From: Rhina ancylostomus
Lineage: Eukaryota
Direction: 5' to 3'
DNA: 64,000 bases
NCBI GenBank assembly: GCA_030265395.1
Contig: JARFYF010000002.1
Coordinates: 36,991,502-37,055,501, forward strand
The translations under genes were made by a program, and so were the position numbers. Position 1 is the stretch's first letter, and every line of letters starts with the position of its first letter. The notes beneath the pieces were generated by a model. It was not told where the DNA came from. It was given only the letters and a program-made list of their open reading frames with translations, and did not search any database. Shown one piece after another: positions 27,337 to 40,620 of this stretch.

Positions 27337-28626
27337 TTGATGGAGAGCCAGTGTCACAGGAGAGTTTCATTCTTTCCTCCAATGATGTCCACAGAAATTA
27401 AGCTTCCAGGAAAGGACTTCTGACAATCATCAGGAAACTTTGCCTAAATTTTCTTCAAAAATATTCTATGGGAATTGAAGTCAACTGTAACCCCAGGATT
27501 CCAGTCATGTCTGGAATCAGCTGCCTGGGGATTGAGTTATAACATCTTTTTCACTAGAACCTGATCCTTGCTGTGCCAAAAAATCTTTCCCTGCTATTAT
27601 TGATTGCACTCTTTGATTTGGAGTGGTCTTGAAGACCATTCCTCTTAACTGGTGTGCAGGTAGACTATCCCATTAAAATTCAGTTTTGATCACCATTATT
27701 ATTATTGAAACTAATAGAAAGTAATCCAATTGCAACACCAGCTAAAATTTGGTATTAGTATTCCCAGTCACACCACGATGACTCAACTGTGTACAAACAT
27801 TGGTGATTGTAATGTATTGTGAGCATTAATAACGCAGCGCTTTAAACATTTCTAATATATATCAGCTCATGGAATTTTACAGTCTCTCAGATTGTTCATC
27901 AGTGTACTTTCAGAAGTAACGCCACAGTCATCAATCCTCTAGTGTCAATGGCATCACACTTGAAGGACAAGGTGTGCATTGGAACTCAGCCAGCCATGTA
28001 CAAGAAAAGCTCCACACACCAAGAGCTCAGGCACAATGACATTGTGAAAGTTTTCTGAGATAAAGGTTAATTCCAGAAGGATAGATCTTTGAACTTGCAT
28101 GGATTTGACAGGCTTTGTGCAGGATGTTTCAATAATGACTGAACATTATGTTCCAGGCACTCAGTGGATAGTGACTCTGATCGTGAATCCTTACTCATGC
28201 AGTTTTAAAAATTGTGGGTATCCCTTATGGATGTACAGCAAATGTATCTGTTGAAAATCACAACAAAACTGGAAGGTAGAAAAAAGATATCCAAAATTAA
28301 GCATTGAAGATGATAAATAATTAAATACTAACACAATCTGCAAACTTAAACTAGTATTCAGATAATGGCTGTAAATTGACAATTTGTTTATTTTGGGGTT
28401 TCATAGAGAGAGATAATAAGACTTATATTACAATGTTCATGATGTCAGTCTTCACAGCTGAAGGGGACCTATTAAAGAGTTGTCACTGATGTAATATAGG
28501 AAATGTGCCAGCAATTTGTTTTCCACAAGATCCCAGAGAACATAACAGAGACAATTGGATAATTGGCGAGAAATTTATCTTGAGTCAGTACCACTAAATG
28601 TTATAAATAGTACTTGTATGATATGG

Positions 28627-28825
28627 AAGAGACTCTAGGTGCTGGAATTTGGAGCAAAATATAAACTGCTGGAAGAGCTAAGTGGGTCAAGCAGTATCTG
28701 AGGAAGCAAAGTGTTGGTTAGCGTTAGGATCTGATGTAGGCGCTCAACCCGAAATGTTGACTGTCTCTTTGCCTCCACAGATGTTGCTTGATGCACTGAA
28801 TTGTGCCAACAGTTTATTTTTTTCT
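28627..28825. mobile_element. Inverted pair of PLE termini with a degenerate hammerhead (28731-28763)
   Basis: Minus-strand terminus at 28627-28725, then 'ctgatgtaggcgctcaacccgaaatgttgactg...cacagatgttgcttgatgcactgaattgtgccaacag'. Confidence 0.65.
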
Positions 28826-28979
28826 CCTAGCTGCTACATTCCACTTCACATATTCAGTTCCATTGACCTCAGTGGACCACATTTCGGAAATTGAGTAGAA
28901 TGTGCAGCCACTAATATATAGCATGTTTAGCATTACTGGGATTGAATTTCCAGGCAAATTAGTTTCAGTGACATGTACG

Positions 28980-29205
28980 CAGAAAATAGTGGAAATAATT
29001 AACAGGTCAGACAGTATATTTGAAAAGAGAAACAGAAATTATATTTCATGTTGATGACCTTTCATGAGATAACCCATCATTCAGCTCATTGGTCTTAAAT
29101 GATAGCCTTTTTGTTCTTGCAACATGGATGCTGCCTGACTTACTGAACATCTCCAACACTTAAAATTTTAATTTAAGATTCCAGCATCCCCAGTATTTTG
29201 TTCTG
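28980..29205. mobile_element. Older inverted PLE-terminus remnant
   Basis: 'aacaggtcagacagtat' on the left and 'gatgctgcctgacttactgaacatctccaacac...agattccagcatc' on the right. Confidence 0.5.
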
Positions 29206-30468
29206 TTTCTCATGAGCTGAAATTTGGGTATAATATTTTCAAGGACTTCCCAGCTCATCATCTTCAAATTGATGTAAAATTTTTTTTGCCATCAAGAGTT
29301 TAAAATCATAATCACATAAGAACAATACCCCCATTATTGGCTCATCACTCTCCCTGTTCTGCACTAAAGTTTAAACCTGGGATGTGTTCATTTCTGTGGA
29401 GAATCAGTTAAACCTATGGCCATCAAATCATTCAGAGCCAAGAATACTACTGCTGAGCCAAGCTTGACAGCATTGTTTCATTGCTACCTAATAACCATCG
29501 CTTTGTAGGAATAGTCCATTATTATGTGTTTACTCACATGCATCAAAGTTTAGAAGCAAGCAATGAGCAAACAAGGTACCATGAGTTAGTGTCAATATCT
29601 TCTTACTACAAAACTCTTAGCAAAACATTGGATATTCAAAGGTAGTCATTTTATTTCGAGGTTAGCTGGATATTTTTATAGTACAAAGGGCTGCTCAGTG
29701 ATTGAGCTAATATTTGTCTTATTATTTACAAATAAGATATGGATATTTAGTATTGATTACTTTTGTCAACACGTTTAAATGACGTCAACAGAATATTTTA
29801 CCAAATATTTCTTGCACACATTCCAATAGGCAGAGCTTGGCAGAAAGAAATGTTATATTTCTATAGAATATCATTTTGCAAACTAATATTGGTCTGCTGC
29901 ATTCTCTAATATTTTCTGCTTGTAACCTGATAGAATGTTGTATTTTGATATGGTATCCAATATTCTTGTTACTTTAGCTCTTAAATTTGAAGCGATTGTC
30001 AATTCTGAGCATGTATAGAATCAAGTTCAAATCCTGTAAGGTTTAGAATCCTATAGGTTTTTCCAGTAAAACCACAGTGAGGGATTTGTATTAATTTATT
30101 TTAGGGAGAAAAGAGATTCAGCTATTGGAATGTCGATGGGCAAACCACAACGAAGTGAGAGGATTTTGCTACTGACCTAAATCCTGGCATGAAGTGATTT
30201 ATTTTCCCTACATTAATGGTGAACACTGAGTCATCATAATGACCATTAATGAGCTGAAGGGGTGTTAGTTATAGGTGATGAATGCATCTTGTCTTGACTT
30301 CCAGCACCTTACCTAGTACATGAGCTATGCCCTGATTTGTACTATGTGACCATCTTTTCTTGTTTCTCATTTATTTTTCATGATGTTCTTAATGAAACCT
30401 GCGCTGAACTTTGACTGTATACCTCTGATGAAGAGGCTGACATTGAAATCGTGTATTTCCTTTTACAG

Positions 30469-30624
30469 CTTGTGGGTGGGGATTCTATAAATCATCATCA
30501 CAGGACCATCAATGTGCTCGCTGCCCAGCTCACAGTCACACAGACCGGGAAGGCTCCTCACGATGTGAATGTGAGGATGGCTACTACAGAGCCCTTACTG
30601 ACCCTCCCTCAGTACCTTGTACAA
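30469..30624 (+). CDS. EPHA7: Eph receptor internal exon, Cys-rich/EGF-like region (equivalent to EPHA7 exon 4)
   Basis: Acceptor tttccttttacag, donor A|gtaagt, 156 nt, phase 1-1. Translates (x)CGWGFYKSSSQDHQCARCPAHSHTDREGSSRCECEDGYYRALTDPPSVPCT(R), close to EPHA7 CGRGFYKSSSQDLQCSRCP...CECEDGYYRA as I recall it. Not shown in the ORF track. Confidence 0.93.
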
Positions 30625-31314
30625 GTAAGTTCAGTCATTTTCGCTTGTGCATCATGGTTTTCAGATATATCATGGATATTACTTCCTATTCAGCTAAAGG
30701 GCCTGATTTATGGCTAGTAATCCAGTTAATGGGTTATTCACTTTCCCAGTTCTAATTGTACATTACCTGAGGACAGAAGCAAGTGGTGTTTTTCCTATGT
30801 TCTTGCAAGCTTTAGAGACCAGCATAAATTCAACATTGCTGCATCCATTGAACAGAGGTGGGAAGACCATAGAGTTTGGTCCTGATGTCTAGTTTGATGC
30901 TGCATGTATCTGCATTTATCTGAGTGGGGACTCCAGGTGCCCAAGCCCAGCATGGAGATCATTTGGTATCAGTTCTTACTGAATTTACCACTTATTCTTT
31001 GAGTGGAGAGGAGGAGAGTGGGAGACAGGTCTTATTCTTCTGTGATGCATTATGCCAAGACCACCATATTTAATGTAAATTACAATGATTGCACTTGAAT
31101 AGGATATCTGGCCCATTCTCTGGAGAGCCAATATATCAGTTAATACGTTCCATAACCTAAAACACTTCCTAATAAAAGAAAAAAAATTACAATTGCCTTT
31201 TAGTGATTCATGTAGAGCTAAAAATATGATAATTCACATCATGGCCAGTTAACGAACATATCTGTATTTGATGGCTTGCCTTTAACTGATGATGTTTGTT
31301 TTCTGATTCCTAAG
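30625..31314 (+). other. EPHA7: 690-nt GT-AG intron
   Basis: gtaagt...ttttctgattcctaag. Splicing joins A+GA to give Arg and restores CTRPPSAP. Confidence 0.9.
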
Positions 31315-31650
31315 GACCTCCTTCTGCACCACAAAATCTCATTTATAACATAAACCAGACCACAGTGAATCTTGAGTGGGGCCCGCCAGCAGATACCGGA
31401 GGCCGAGACGATGTCACCTACAGGATAATGTGCAAACGATGCAGCTGGGAACAGGGCGAGTGCATGCCCTGTGGCAGCAGCATTGGCTTCATGCCTCAGC
31501 AGACCGGACTGGCAGATACATATGTGACTGTTGTAGACCTACTGGCCCACGCTAACTACACATTCGAGGTTGAAGCCGTGAATGGTGTCTCAGACCTGAG
31601 CCGCACCCAGAGGTTATTTGCAGCCGTCAGCATTACCACAAGTCAAGCAG
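31315..31650 (+). CDS. EPHA7: Eph receptor internal exon, first FN3 repeat (equivalent to EPHA7 exon 5)
   Basis: 336 nt, phase 1-1, donor CAG|gtgaga. Translates (R)PPSAPQNLIYNINQTTVNLEWGPPADTGGRDDVTYRIMCKRCSWEQGECMPCGSSIGFMPQQTGLADTYVTVVDLLAHANYTFEVEAVNGVSDLSRTQRLFAAVSITTSQA. CKRCSWEQGEC and QRLFAAVSITT point to EPHA7. Confidence 0.95.
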
Positions 31651-34600
31651 GTGAGATGGTGATCCAGTAAGGGTCAAAAATAGACTCATGCACAGTCTGT
31701 GTAATGATCAGTGTTATTTTGCACTCACAAATGAGGGGTTAGTAATTTCTCCTTACTCAGTTGTATTAAATACACAGCAAAGTAGTGGTTCCAAGTTTTA
31801 TTGAGCTTCTAAAATTTATCAGCTGCTGCTCTATTGCAAATGACTGTGGATGAATTTCCACTCTGTGCCATCTTCACAAAGCACTTACTGTTTATCTTTT
31901 GCTTAATCTCCAGAAACCTCTTCACAATTTAAACGTCTGCATTGCTTTTACTGGTTAATTCTTCTTTGCATCAATCACCCAGTGCCGAGCCTATAAATTT
32001 TGTATTATTTACTTGAAGGTCAATTTTAGGTGCAGCTGGTGGTTTTTGAATTCTAATTGCCATCAATCATAGTGTTTTTTGATACCTGAAATTAAGTCAG
32101 TTATTTTGAATATGAGGGTCCTTCAACTAACATGAAAAGAAAATAAGCGTTACTCTGATATTATGCCCGAATCCTCCTCAGCCCACTCATTTAAAAAAAA
32201 GAAGCTTCAGTTTCTCGGTCTCTCATAACTGTGAACCTCTCATAATCACTTTAGCAAATCACTTTTGAATCTTCCTACAATCATCACGAGCTCCTAAAGT
32301 AGCAGCAGGTGTACAATTTTGATACAAAAGCAGTAAGATGAACGCCACCTTCTTATCATTTAGACTCTCAGGGCCATTCTCATTTTGTAACTGTGTTGGC
32401 TTCTGCTCAATCCTCAGTGCTATCTGCAGAATTAAGAATCTGTCACTTGTATTTGTGAATATTCGATTTGCACCATCATTCACTGTGCAAAGTAACAATA
32501 GTTAAATCAATATATCGAGAAATTCTAGAGCCCTGGGTAAGTCTGGGTTAGATGATTGTGGCATCAACCTGCTGATGACAGTTTTGGTCGGTTTAACTTG
32601 TTAGTGTCTGAAGCCCAAACCTTGGGCACGATGGTACAGGCATTCTGGTTTCTCAGGAGTGAAAATGTGCCACTTGGGGAGAAAGGAATTGTAGTTGTTG
32701 GCCCAGTTGGGGCACAGGAAGGAGTCAGTGATCAGAAATCAGAAGGCGGGGATTGGGGGCAGCAATTAGGTTTGTGGATGGAGGAGTGTCGGGCAATGAC
32801 TGGGTAAGTGGTTAGAGGATTCTGGTGAAAATCAGGGCATCAGGTCTTCAGGAGGTAGAAGTGCAGATCAATGAATGGAGGATTTTATGCCAGTTCAATT
32901 GGAAGATAGTGGTGGCAGCTGTAGCTGGAGTGTGCTGACTGACACCAAACACTTGTAGTGTTCATCACCTTCAAAGTTCAAGATTGGATAGTCACTTTAA
33001 CATGTTTTTGGTAGAACATTCACTTGGAGACTTTTTTTACAGTTCTTCCTAATTTCTGAAGTATCTGCCTCTTGACAATTTCAAATTGTTTCAGTGTTTT
33101 TCTTTATTTACACAATTATTAAGCATAGTGACTATTAAAGTAGAAATGATGGATAGACACTTAATAATGTGTTTATATGACGTTCGTCTGTGAGCTGTTT
33201 AAATGAGAGAGTATTAACAACATTTGAAATTGAGTTTTAAAGCAGCTTTTCTGCTATTGGAGAATCACAGGTTAAACTGGAAATCCAATTTATAATCAAT
33301 TGGGAACAGCAAATGTTCATCACTGAAAATAGTTAATGTTGTTTATCTTAACTTCATTTAGTGAAGGAAGTTTGTAGTTTGCCAAGTGTTTGTACTTATT
33401 TATAGCACATAGAATTTGTGCTCTTATAAGGACAAAGCAGCCTTACTATTGCCTTCCAATGCAGCAGAAAGTTAACAGCCATTATATGCTGTAATGCTCC
33501 AATTGGTGTTCCATTAGATCTGCTGTCCTAGACATCACAGAAGAATTACTAGTTTACATAAAATAAATCATTCACAGTTCTGTTTTACATTTGTTTCTAA
33601 GGACACACTGCAAATGTAAACCATATTGAAATGCATCGATACGTATCAGAGAGTGTTGTAACTGTGACAAAGAAAGATACAACTATCTTTTGTCTTCACA
33701 ATCAATAAAAGATTGTAACAAGGTTTTTTGGATGGAAGCAACAGAGCTTTAAAAGCTGAGGCACCAAAACTATTTTTATAGTTCTTTTTCCTTCTAGTCT
33801 TAATTGTTTTAACAGATTTAGTTTGTTACAGGATATGGTCTGCTGCTTACATTAAATACAAATATAACTCTGTTGTCACCATAGGGATTGTATACTGGTT
33901 ATTCAAAACATGTAGCTCTTTGATCTTGCTATTTACCAGTTTGGTTTGAAAGTATTTAATCTTAGCCCATCACAACTCACTACAGATATGCAGTAATAGT
34001 GTGCTGGAGACCACCAGACTATTTTCAAAATGTCCTTGGCATGTGTAAGTAGTTTTAAGCCAATTTTCAGATATGTACTCTCCATAGCTTAGTCTCCCCA
34101 ACCTGAGCCAATGTGGGCTCAAGTCATCTCACTCTATCAGGCAGGACAAAGGGTTAGTGTTGTCTTGACAACTATTATTTGTATGGGTAATCCAAGTACC
34201 TATTTGGGCCACCAGAAAGAATACTGTCTCGTTAAAAAAACCAATGGAGGGCACCAGTGTAATCCACCCAAGGGTTTGTTTCAAGAGTTGTAAACACATG
34301 ATAAATAAAGCAGTGATCAGCATTTTTACAGTGCTGATTTGATTTATGTTGCTGAATGTCAAAATCAGGACCCTGGTCAATAATGGCATGATAGAATGTG
34401 CGCAGCTAAGGAAGCAGAGGATTTTTAACTGGCACAAGCTGATTTATCATTAAGCTAGCTCAGTGAAAATGTTTCTGGGCAGCCAAATGGAGATCAATTA
34501 ACTGCTAAGTCCATGGGAAAAAAATTAGCAACCTTGCTGCACTCCATTTGCCGAGAGGTCAAGCACTAAGAGAGAGATAATTGCTGTGAGCAAGCAGAAT

Positions 34601-36135
34601 GAATCAGGGATGAGCAGAAAGTGATGATGTATGTTCAGTGACAAGGTACGTGACAGAGATTTACGCCTGGGCCTGTGACTGCTAGTCTCGGCAAGGACAC
34701 AAGGACAAGAGAAGGAGACCTGTGAAAAACAATTAGTGCTTCTTCCAAGCAAGCAGTTCTTAATTAGCCATGGCATGTCAGCAACAGTATATTAGTGTCC
34801 CCAATTTTTTAAAAAATACTTCCCATTAATNNNNNNNNNNNNNNNNNNNNNNNNNNNNNNNNNNNNNNNNNNNNNATTCTCTACTTGTGTCACAGATACA
34901 TGAAACACAATGTTTTAAAAATATTAGAAGATGGCAGATTCAGTAACCCTTTATTGTATAGTCACTGAGGATAGTAATTAGGTTCCTAATTGATATAAAG
35001 GATGTAGAGTTCACACCTAACTTGATCTGCAATTAAAAGATGTATGGATCATCCATATTAATAATCTCAGCAATGAAAGCTCTTAACAAAATGGTATACA
35101 CTATTATTTGGGGTTGTAGAGGGGTAATACTGGCACTAGAGTGATAAGAAAAAACTTAAGGTCCATTGTCCCATTTTATTCCTACATATATTGGCCCTGA
35201 TGTTATCTTCAAATATTCTGCATAAACATGGTGCTTGATAAGGCTTTCTAAATCCCACACACAATTTATTTGTGATGATTCCAGGTGTTTAAGACAGTCT
35301 CAAGTATATGAATTACTAAGAAGAAATAGACAATATGGAAATAAGTCTGTTTAATGAAGCATCTTATTACCTTTTTGTGCTCTGGTAAAAAATAGTACAC
35401 CAAAAGGAACTAAGTTAGTCCCTGATACCCCATTATAGGCATAATTAATCACTAAAGCTATCTCTGAATCTAATGCCACTGGGAGAAAAAAATTCCTTCC
35501 TCTCTAATTTTAGTAAAAAGTGAGTGAGGACCAGGAAATGCCATTTTGCTACAAGCATTACAGAGGAGAAAAATTTATTGATGGGAGGAATTTCATTCCT
35601 GAATGTTGATGTGTATTAAGGCTGATATCCTCTGCATGGGAGCTAATATTTTGTGACTTCATGTTAAGTATATTAGTCACAATTATGTGTTTATAAGCAG
35701 NNNNNNNNNNNNNNNNNNNNNNNNNNNNNNNNNNNNNNNNNNNNNNNNNNNNNNNNNNNNNNNNNNNNNNNNNNNNNNNNNNNNNNNNNNNNNNNNNNNN
35801 NNNNNNNNNNNNNNNNNNNNNNNNNNNNNNNNNNNNNNNNNNNNNNNNNNNNNNNNNNNNNNNNNNNNNNNNNNNNNNNNNNNNNNNNNNNNNNNNNNNN
35901 NNNNNNNNNNNNNNNNNNNNNNNNNNNNNNNNNNNNNNNNNNNNNNNNNNNNNNNNNNNNNNNNNNNNNNNNNNNNNNNNNNNNNNNNNNNNNNNNNNNN
36001 NNNNNNNNNNNNNNNNNNNNNNNNNNNNNNNNNNNNNNNNNNNNNNNNNNNNNNNNNNNNNNNNNNNNNNNNNNNNNNNNNNNNNNNNNNNNNNNNNNNN
36101 NNNNNNNNNNNNNNNNNNNNNNNNNNNNNNNNNNN

Positions 36136-36185
36136 ACAGATGCTGCATGATCTGCTGAGTTCCACCGGCAGATTGTTTGTTGCTA
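36136..36185 (+). mobile_element. PLE terminal fragment next to a gap
   Basis: 'acagatgctgcatgatctgctgagttccaccggcagattg'. Confidence 0.6.
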
Positions 36186-37454
36186 TAAATCCCACAGAAC
36201 TGCTTTTAACAGCCAGTGAAACTGAATCTGCTGACAAGGCTGTCAAGCAGCTTAAAATCTTGTAAATATCTTTTACAATTTTTGTATTTTTTAAGCATTT
36301 TTTAATTTTAAACATTTTAAACATTTAAATACAATATTTGTATTTAAAATTTACCATTTTACAATCTCACACTCATAAACATTCAAAAACTATTTAAAAT
36401 TGAAACTTATATTAAACTATTTTCAAACTTGTTAACTTTTGTAAAAGAAGACCAAGGTTGCACCGCAGAACTGCCATAAAACGGCAGGCAGTTCAGCTTC
36501 CACAGATGGGTCCCATGAGGGGTGAGGTGTCTGGGTGCAGGCAGAATAATTGTGCCAATCAGACATGAGGAAGTTTGGAACTTTACATTTGGTCACTATT
36601 GTCTGGATGTCCAGAATCTCCAGGCATTTACTGTGGTAAAATCTAATAGCTGCGTGCAGAGTTGCCTGTTTTATTGTCAGGGGATATTTTAGTCATTATC
36701 TTTAATCCCAGATGTTGTTTGCTTGTTGAATAGCTGTGTTTTTTTTATTATATCGCATACTGCAAAAGAAGCAACATGCAATGATCTCAAAAAAAATTAA
36801 TGAATGTCACTGGTTCATTAGCTGTTGTGCCAGGTGTAAGAGTCCGGTTAGACATTAACTAATCCCTCAGAGGAAGTGTCTAAGTCCCACTCAAGTCTCA
36901 TTTTCTCGAGGCTGGGGAGGAAACGCTCGAGTGGTTTTTAATTGCACTACTTTGCTGACCTGGCAGTGTTATGCTTCCTGACTAGAGGTATAGTTTGTAT
37001 GTTTGTGAACGTGTATGTATGCTGGAGAGAGAAGTTAAATACGTGGGAAGAGGTGTTGTGTTCAAGCAGCTCACCTTTTTTTTACTGCCATGCATTCCTT
37101 TTCCCTACACTGACATTATTCTGGGCCTGTGCCCGGGTGATTCAGTGGATCAAAATGCATACCCTCAAAGGAAGATCTGCAAAGTTAATTTTAAGACTAT
37201 GTTGGTGTTAATTTTCCAAAAGTAATAAGCAAACTTAAAGAGACATCACAGCCTTTTAAAGTTTCTCTGAAACCAAGGTCAGCTAAACAATACAATTAAC
37301 TCATAAAGATACTTGATATCTTTACTTATGGAAAGAAAGGAACACTTTTTTTCAAGTGGTGAGATACACTTTTCAAAGAAATTCTGCACGATATTTAAAT
37401 AAGAATATATTCTGAGGATNNNNNNNNNNNNNNNNNNNNNNNNNNNNNNNTGCC

Positions 37455-38170
37455 CAGGAAAAGGCATTCAGGCCATCATTTCTGTGCTGGCCAAGAAAAG
37501 TTAATCCTGTTAAAACTGCTCTCTGAATCCTGGTCCATAAACTTGGAAATTACACCCCCTCAAACACACATCCAAATCATTTGTAAATGTATTGAGAGTT
37601 GTGTCCTCTACCACTATCTTTAACCACTGAGTTCCAGACCCCACCACTCTCTGGGTGAAAATACTACTGGACATTTTGAATAGAAACTGGCCCTTCAGCC
37701 GAACTCATCCATGCCGACCAAATTGCTTGCGTGAGCTAGTCTTCATTTGCCTGTATTTGGCCCAGATCCCTCTAAACCTTTTCTAACCACGCACCTGTCT
37801 AAATTCCTGTTAAATATTGAAATTGTTCTTGCCTCTACCACTTCCTCTGACAGTTCACACTGCCAGGCAGTAGAGGCAGGAACATACCCACCACCCTCTG
37901 TGTAGAAAAACTTGCCCCTCATGTCCCCTTTAAATTTTTCCCCTCTCACCTTAAATCTCTGTCTGCTAATTTTAGGCTCCCCTACCCTGGGAAAAGGACT
38001 GTGACCATTCACCCTATCTATGTCCGTCATGATTGTACATACCTCTATAAGATCAGTCTCCTACACTTAAGGGAAAAAAGTTGTAGCCCATCCAGTCTCT
38101 CCTTATAACCCAAGCCCTCCAGTCCCAGTTACATCCGTGTGATTCGTTTCTGCGCTCTTTCTGCCTTAAT
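37455..38170 (-). mobile_element. Two adjacent CR1 3' fragments
   Basis: ORF 37743-38030 (IDRVNGHSPFPRVGE...RFKVRGEKFKGDMRGKFF) plus an older tail at about 37455-37650. Confidence 0.85.
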
Positions 38171-38339
38171 CAGTAAATCATTTACTTTAATTTTGAAATG
38201 TAAACAAAAAATTCTTGAAATGCTAAGCAGGCCAGGGAGCATCTGTTAAGATAGAAAATTAATGTTAGTATAATTTCAGTGAAATTGTTTCTTCACATAT
38301 ATTGACTGTATCTAGTATTGTTCATCTTGGGTCAGACCT

Positions 38340-38593
38340 CTTTAGGGAATAAGTTAACCAAAACACCAAAGAAAACTTTCTTCCCCTTCCTTAAAAAGTA
38401 TTTGGGTTCTTTTCTACCTCTCTGAGGTGGTGGCTAAGCCTCAGATTAACATAGCAACATTGCTACTTTGGACAATGCTGCACTCTTCCAATACTGAACT
38501 GGATTGCTAGCTATATTATGTACTCAAGTCTCTCATGAGAAGCTTGATCTCATGATCTTTTGGTGAACAGGCAATCACATTGTCACTGAACTA
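38340..38593 (-). mobile_element. Degenerate DeuSINE
   Basis: 'agggaataagttaaccaaaacacc...gcctcagattaaca...gacaatgctgcactc...actcaagtctc' has the same layout as 3560-3875. Confidence 0.55.
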
Positions 38594-39649
38594 CTGTAGA
38601 ACTGTATTTATCTTATGCATCACAACAGGGTGAACTTTAACAACATGGCTGGGCTGCCACTCAGTGTTTCAAGAGCAATGCCAATTTACTCCTTGACGTA
38701 CTTAACTTGAAAACTACTCAGTGACATTAACATTCTTTGGTTATCTTTAACATCAATATGGCTTTAAATTTGAAAAGTTAAGTAGCAAACTAGCAGCCAG
38801 TAAGTCGAATCTGACATTTTTACTTTCTGTGGGTTCAGATGTAGCACTTGACAAGAAGAATTAGTCTGGCATAATTACATGCAAGGAAAGAAAATTGATC
38901 CAAAGTATAATCGAAACCAGTTTGTGTGCATTATGCCAGACAGATTTATCATTGTGTATTGATGGCTCCCAAGACAGAGGGACTTGCATTAGGAATGCGT
39001 TAGAATGCCTGAGTGCATGTACAAATGTGAGTACAATCTTTTTATGGCTCTACAAACAAACAATTACCATTTTGACTGAATGTGTGATGAAGTTTGACCA
39101 CAATATCCTCAAGCCTTGAGACCGTTGGTTTACCCACATGTACTCTCACCATTGCTGTTTGTGGGTTCTTAAATTCGGGTGGAATAAAACACAGAATATG
39201 CAGAGTATTACATGGGGAAACAAGAAGAACTCTAAATGATGCCTCTGGTTTATTTGCGGTTCTTCTTAGACTGCACGCATGCGTACCATTATACACACAT
39301 AATCAAATACATCATGCAGTGGTATCACACCTGTCTACATACGTTACACTACTTTCTCCTTTTAAAAGAGTGAAACTAGTTTAACAACATTTATAAATTT
39401 ACGAATTTAATCAATTCACTGGATTTTGAATTCTTTTTGATCATTATAAATGTCTTGAGGTTGCTTGTGTTGATTCAGGAGATCCAACAGATGTTGATGT
39501 TAGCATTCATCTCTTGAATCTTTGAAACTATGACTTCTAGAATCTCTTCGGTCACTGAGGTCAGATAATCTACATGAACCTTTTGCGAATCTCCCCACAA
39601 TACTTGCAAGGTAAACCTTCAAATCGTTTGTTTCCACAATCTCAATACC

Positions 39650-40620
39650 ATTTTCTCATCTCCAACCTGCTAAGTGGTATCAGCATGCAGACGTTATCAT
39701 CTAATCGGAACCTTTTCTCTTCATAGTATGTGTCGAGATGTTTGCTTTGCTTCAACTGCCTTTCTTCCACCTTCCCTTCCATCCACCTTCCCTTCTGGAT
39801 TTTGCTGAACTTGACCAAGTCATGTTCACACTCTGGCTCTTCTGTGCATGATTTCTGCAGGAGTGCAGTGTCAGTCTGTAACTCAGAAAAACATCTGCAA
39901 GTTGATGCAAGAAGGCCTGATTTGTCTTGTATGATTTATTCCTTCAGTGTCTCTTTCACCGTACATTGTGATCCATCTATTTGAGGTTGGATGATTAGAA
40001 GATATGAAGCAATGTTTGATCCCATTTGATTTCACAAACTGTTCAAATTTAAGTGATGGACTAGTATTCCAAATAATCTTCTCAGGAAGACCATGTGTCA
40101 TGAAACTGGGTCTGATTCTTCTGTGCTGGGATTGCATGACCCCAAATGCCTTATCTTAATCTATTTCAAAATAACTGCCCACTAGCACCAGAGAGTTAGC
40201 CATACTTTTCTCTCAGTAGTTTGTGACACATTAGAATGGCTTTTTCAGCCACTACCACAACTGAAGTGTCACTTTCCATGGAAACAATCTGCAGTCTTGG
40301 CAGCTGTATGTTTACAGGCTAGCCCTTATGCGCCTTTATCTTTATTGGGTCCATATACCACAGCTATGGCACAGCTTTGTGGGACGAAGGGCCTGAATTG
40401 TGCCGTAGTTTTTTTTTCTAGTTTTTCTAATGTATAAAGCTATGACCTGCTGCTTTAATGGAAGCAATGCCCAAATGTTCCAAGTCAAATTTCTCTGTTA
40501 GTCCACTTTGTAGCCCTTTGATTATAACTTTTCTGTGACCCCCCCCTATAATGAAGCCCTGAGATGTATATAATTCACAAAATCTGTTTGAATTAGTTTA
40601 GCCACTCAAAGTATATTCTT
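39650..40620 (-). mobile_element. Gypsy-type LTR retrotransposon integrase remnant
   Basis: ORF 39883-40137 contains THGLPEKII and FEQFVKSNGIKHCFISSNHPTSN, resembling the integrase core HGLPE..SDNG..F..NGI.H...PYHP.SNG. Heavily decayed. Confidence 0.7.

Noticed and set aside
30451-30717. 88-aa ORF overlapping the first Eph exon
   Set aside because: Wrong frame. The real exon reads CGWGFYK... in another frame between canonical splice sites.
31365-31670. 101-aa ORF as a stand-alone gene
   Set aside because: It is part of the spliced FN3 exon. The GTG 'start' is an internal Val.
35558-36324. Long ORFs across N runs (also 50269-51588, 55844-56426, 61445-62092)
   Set aside because: Their length comes from unresolved gaps.
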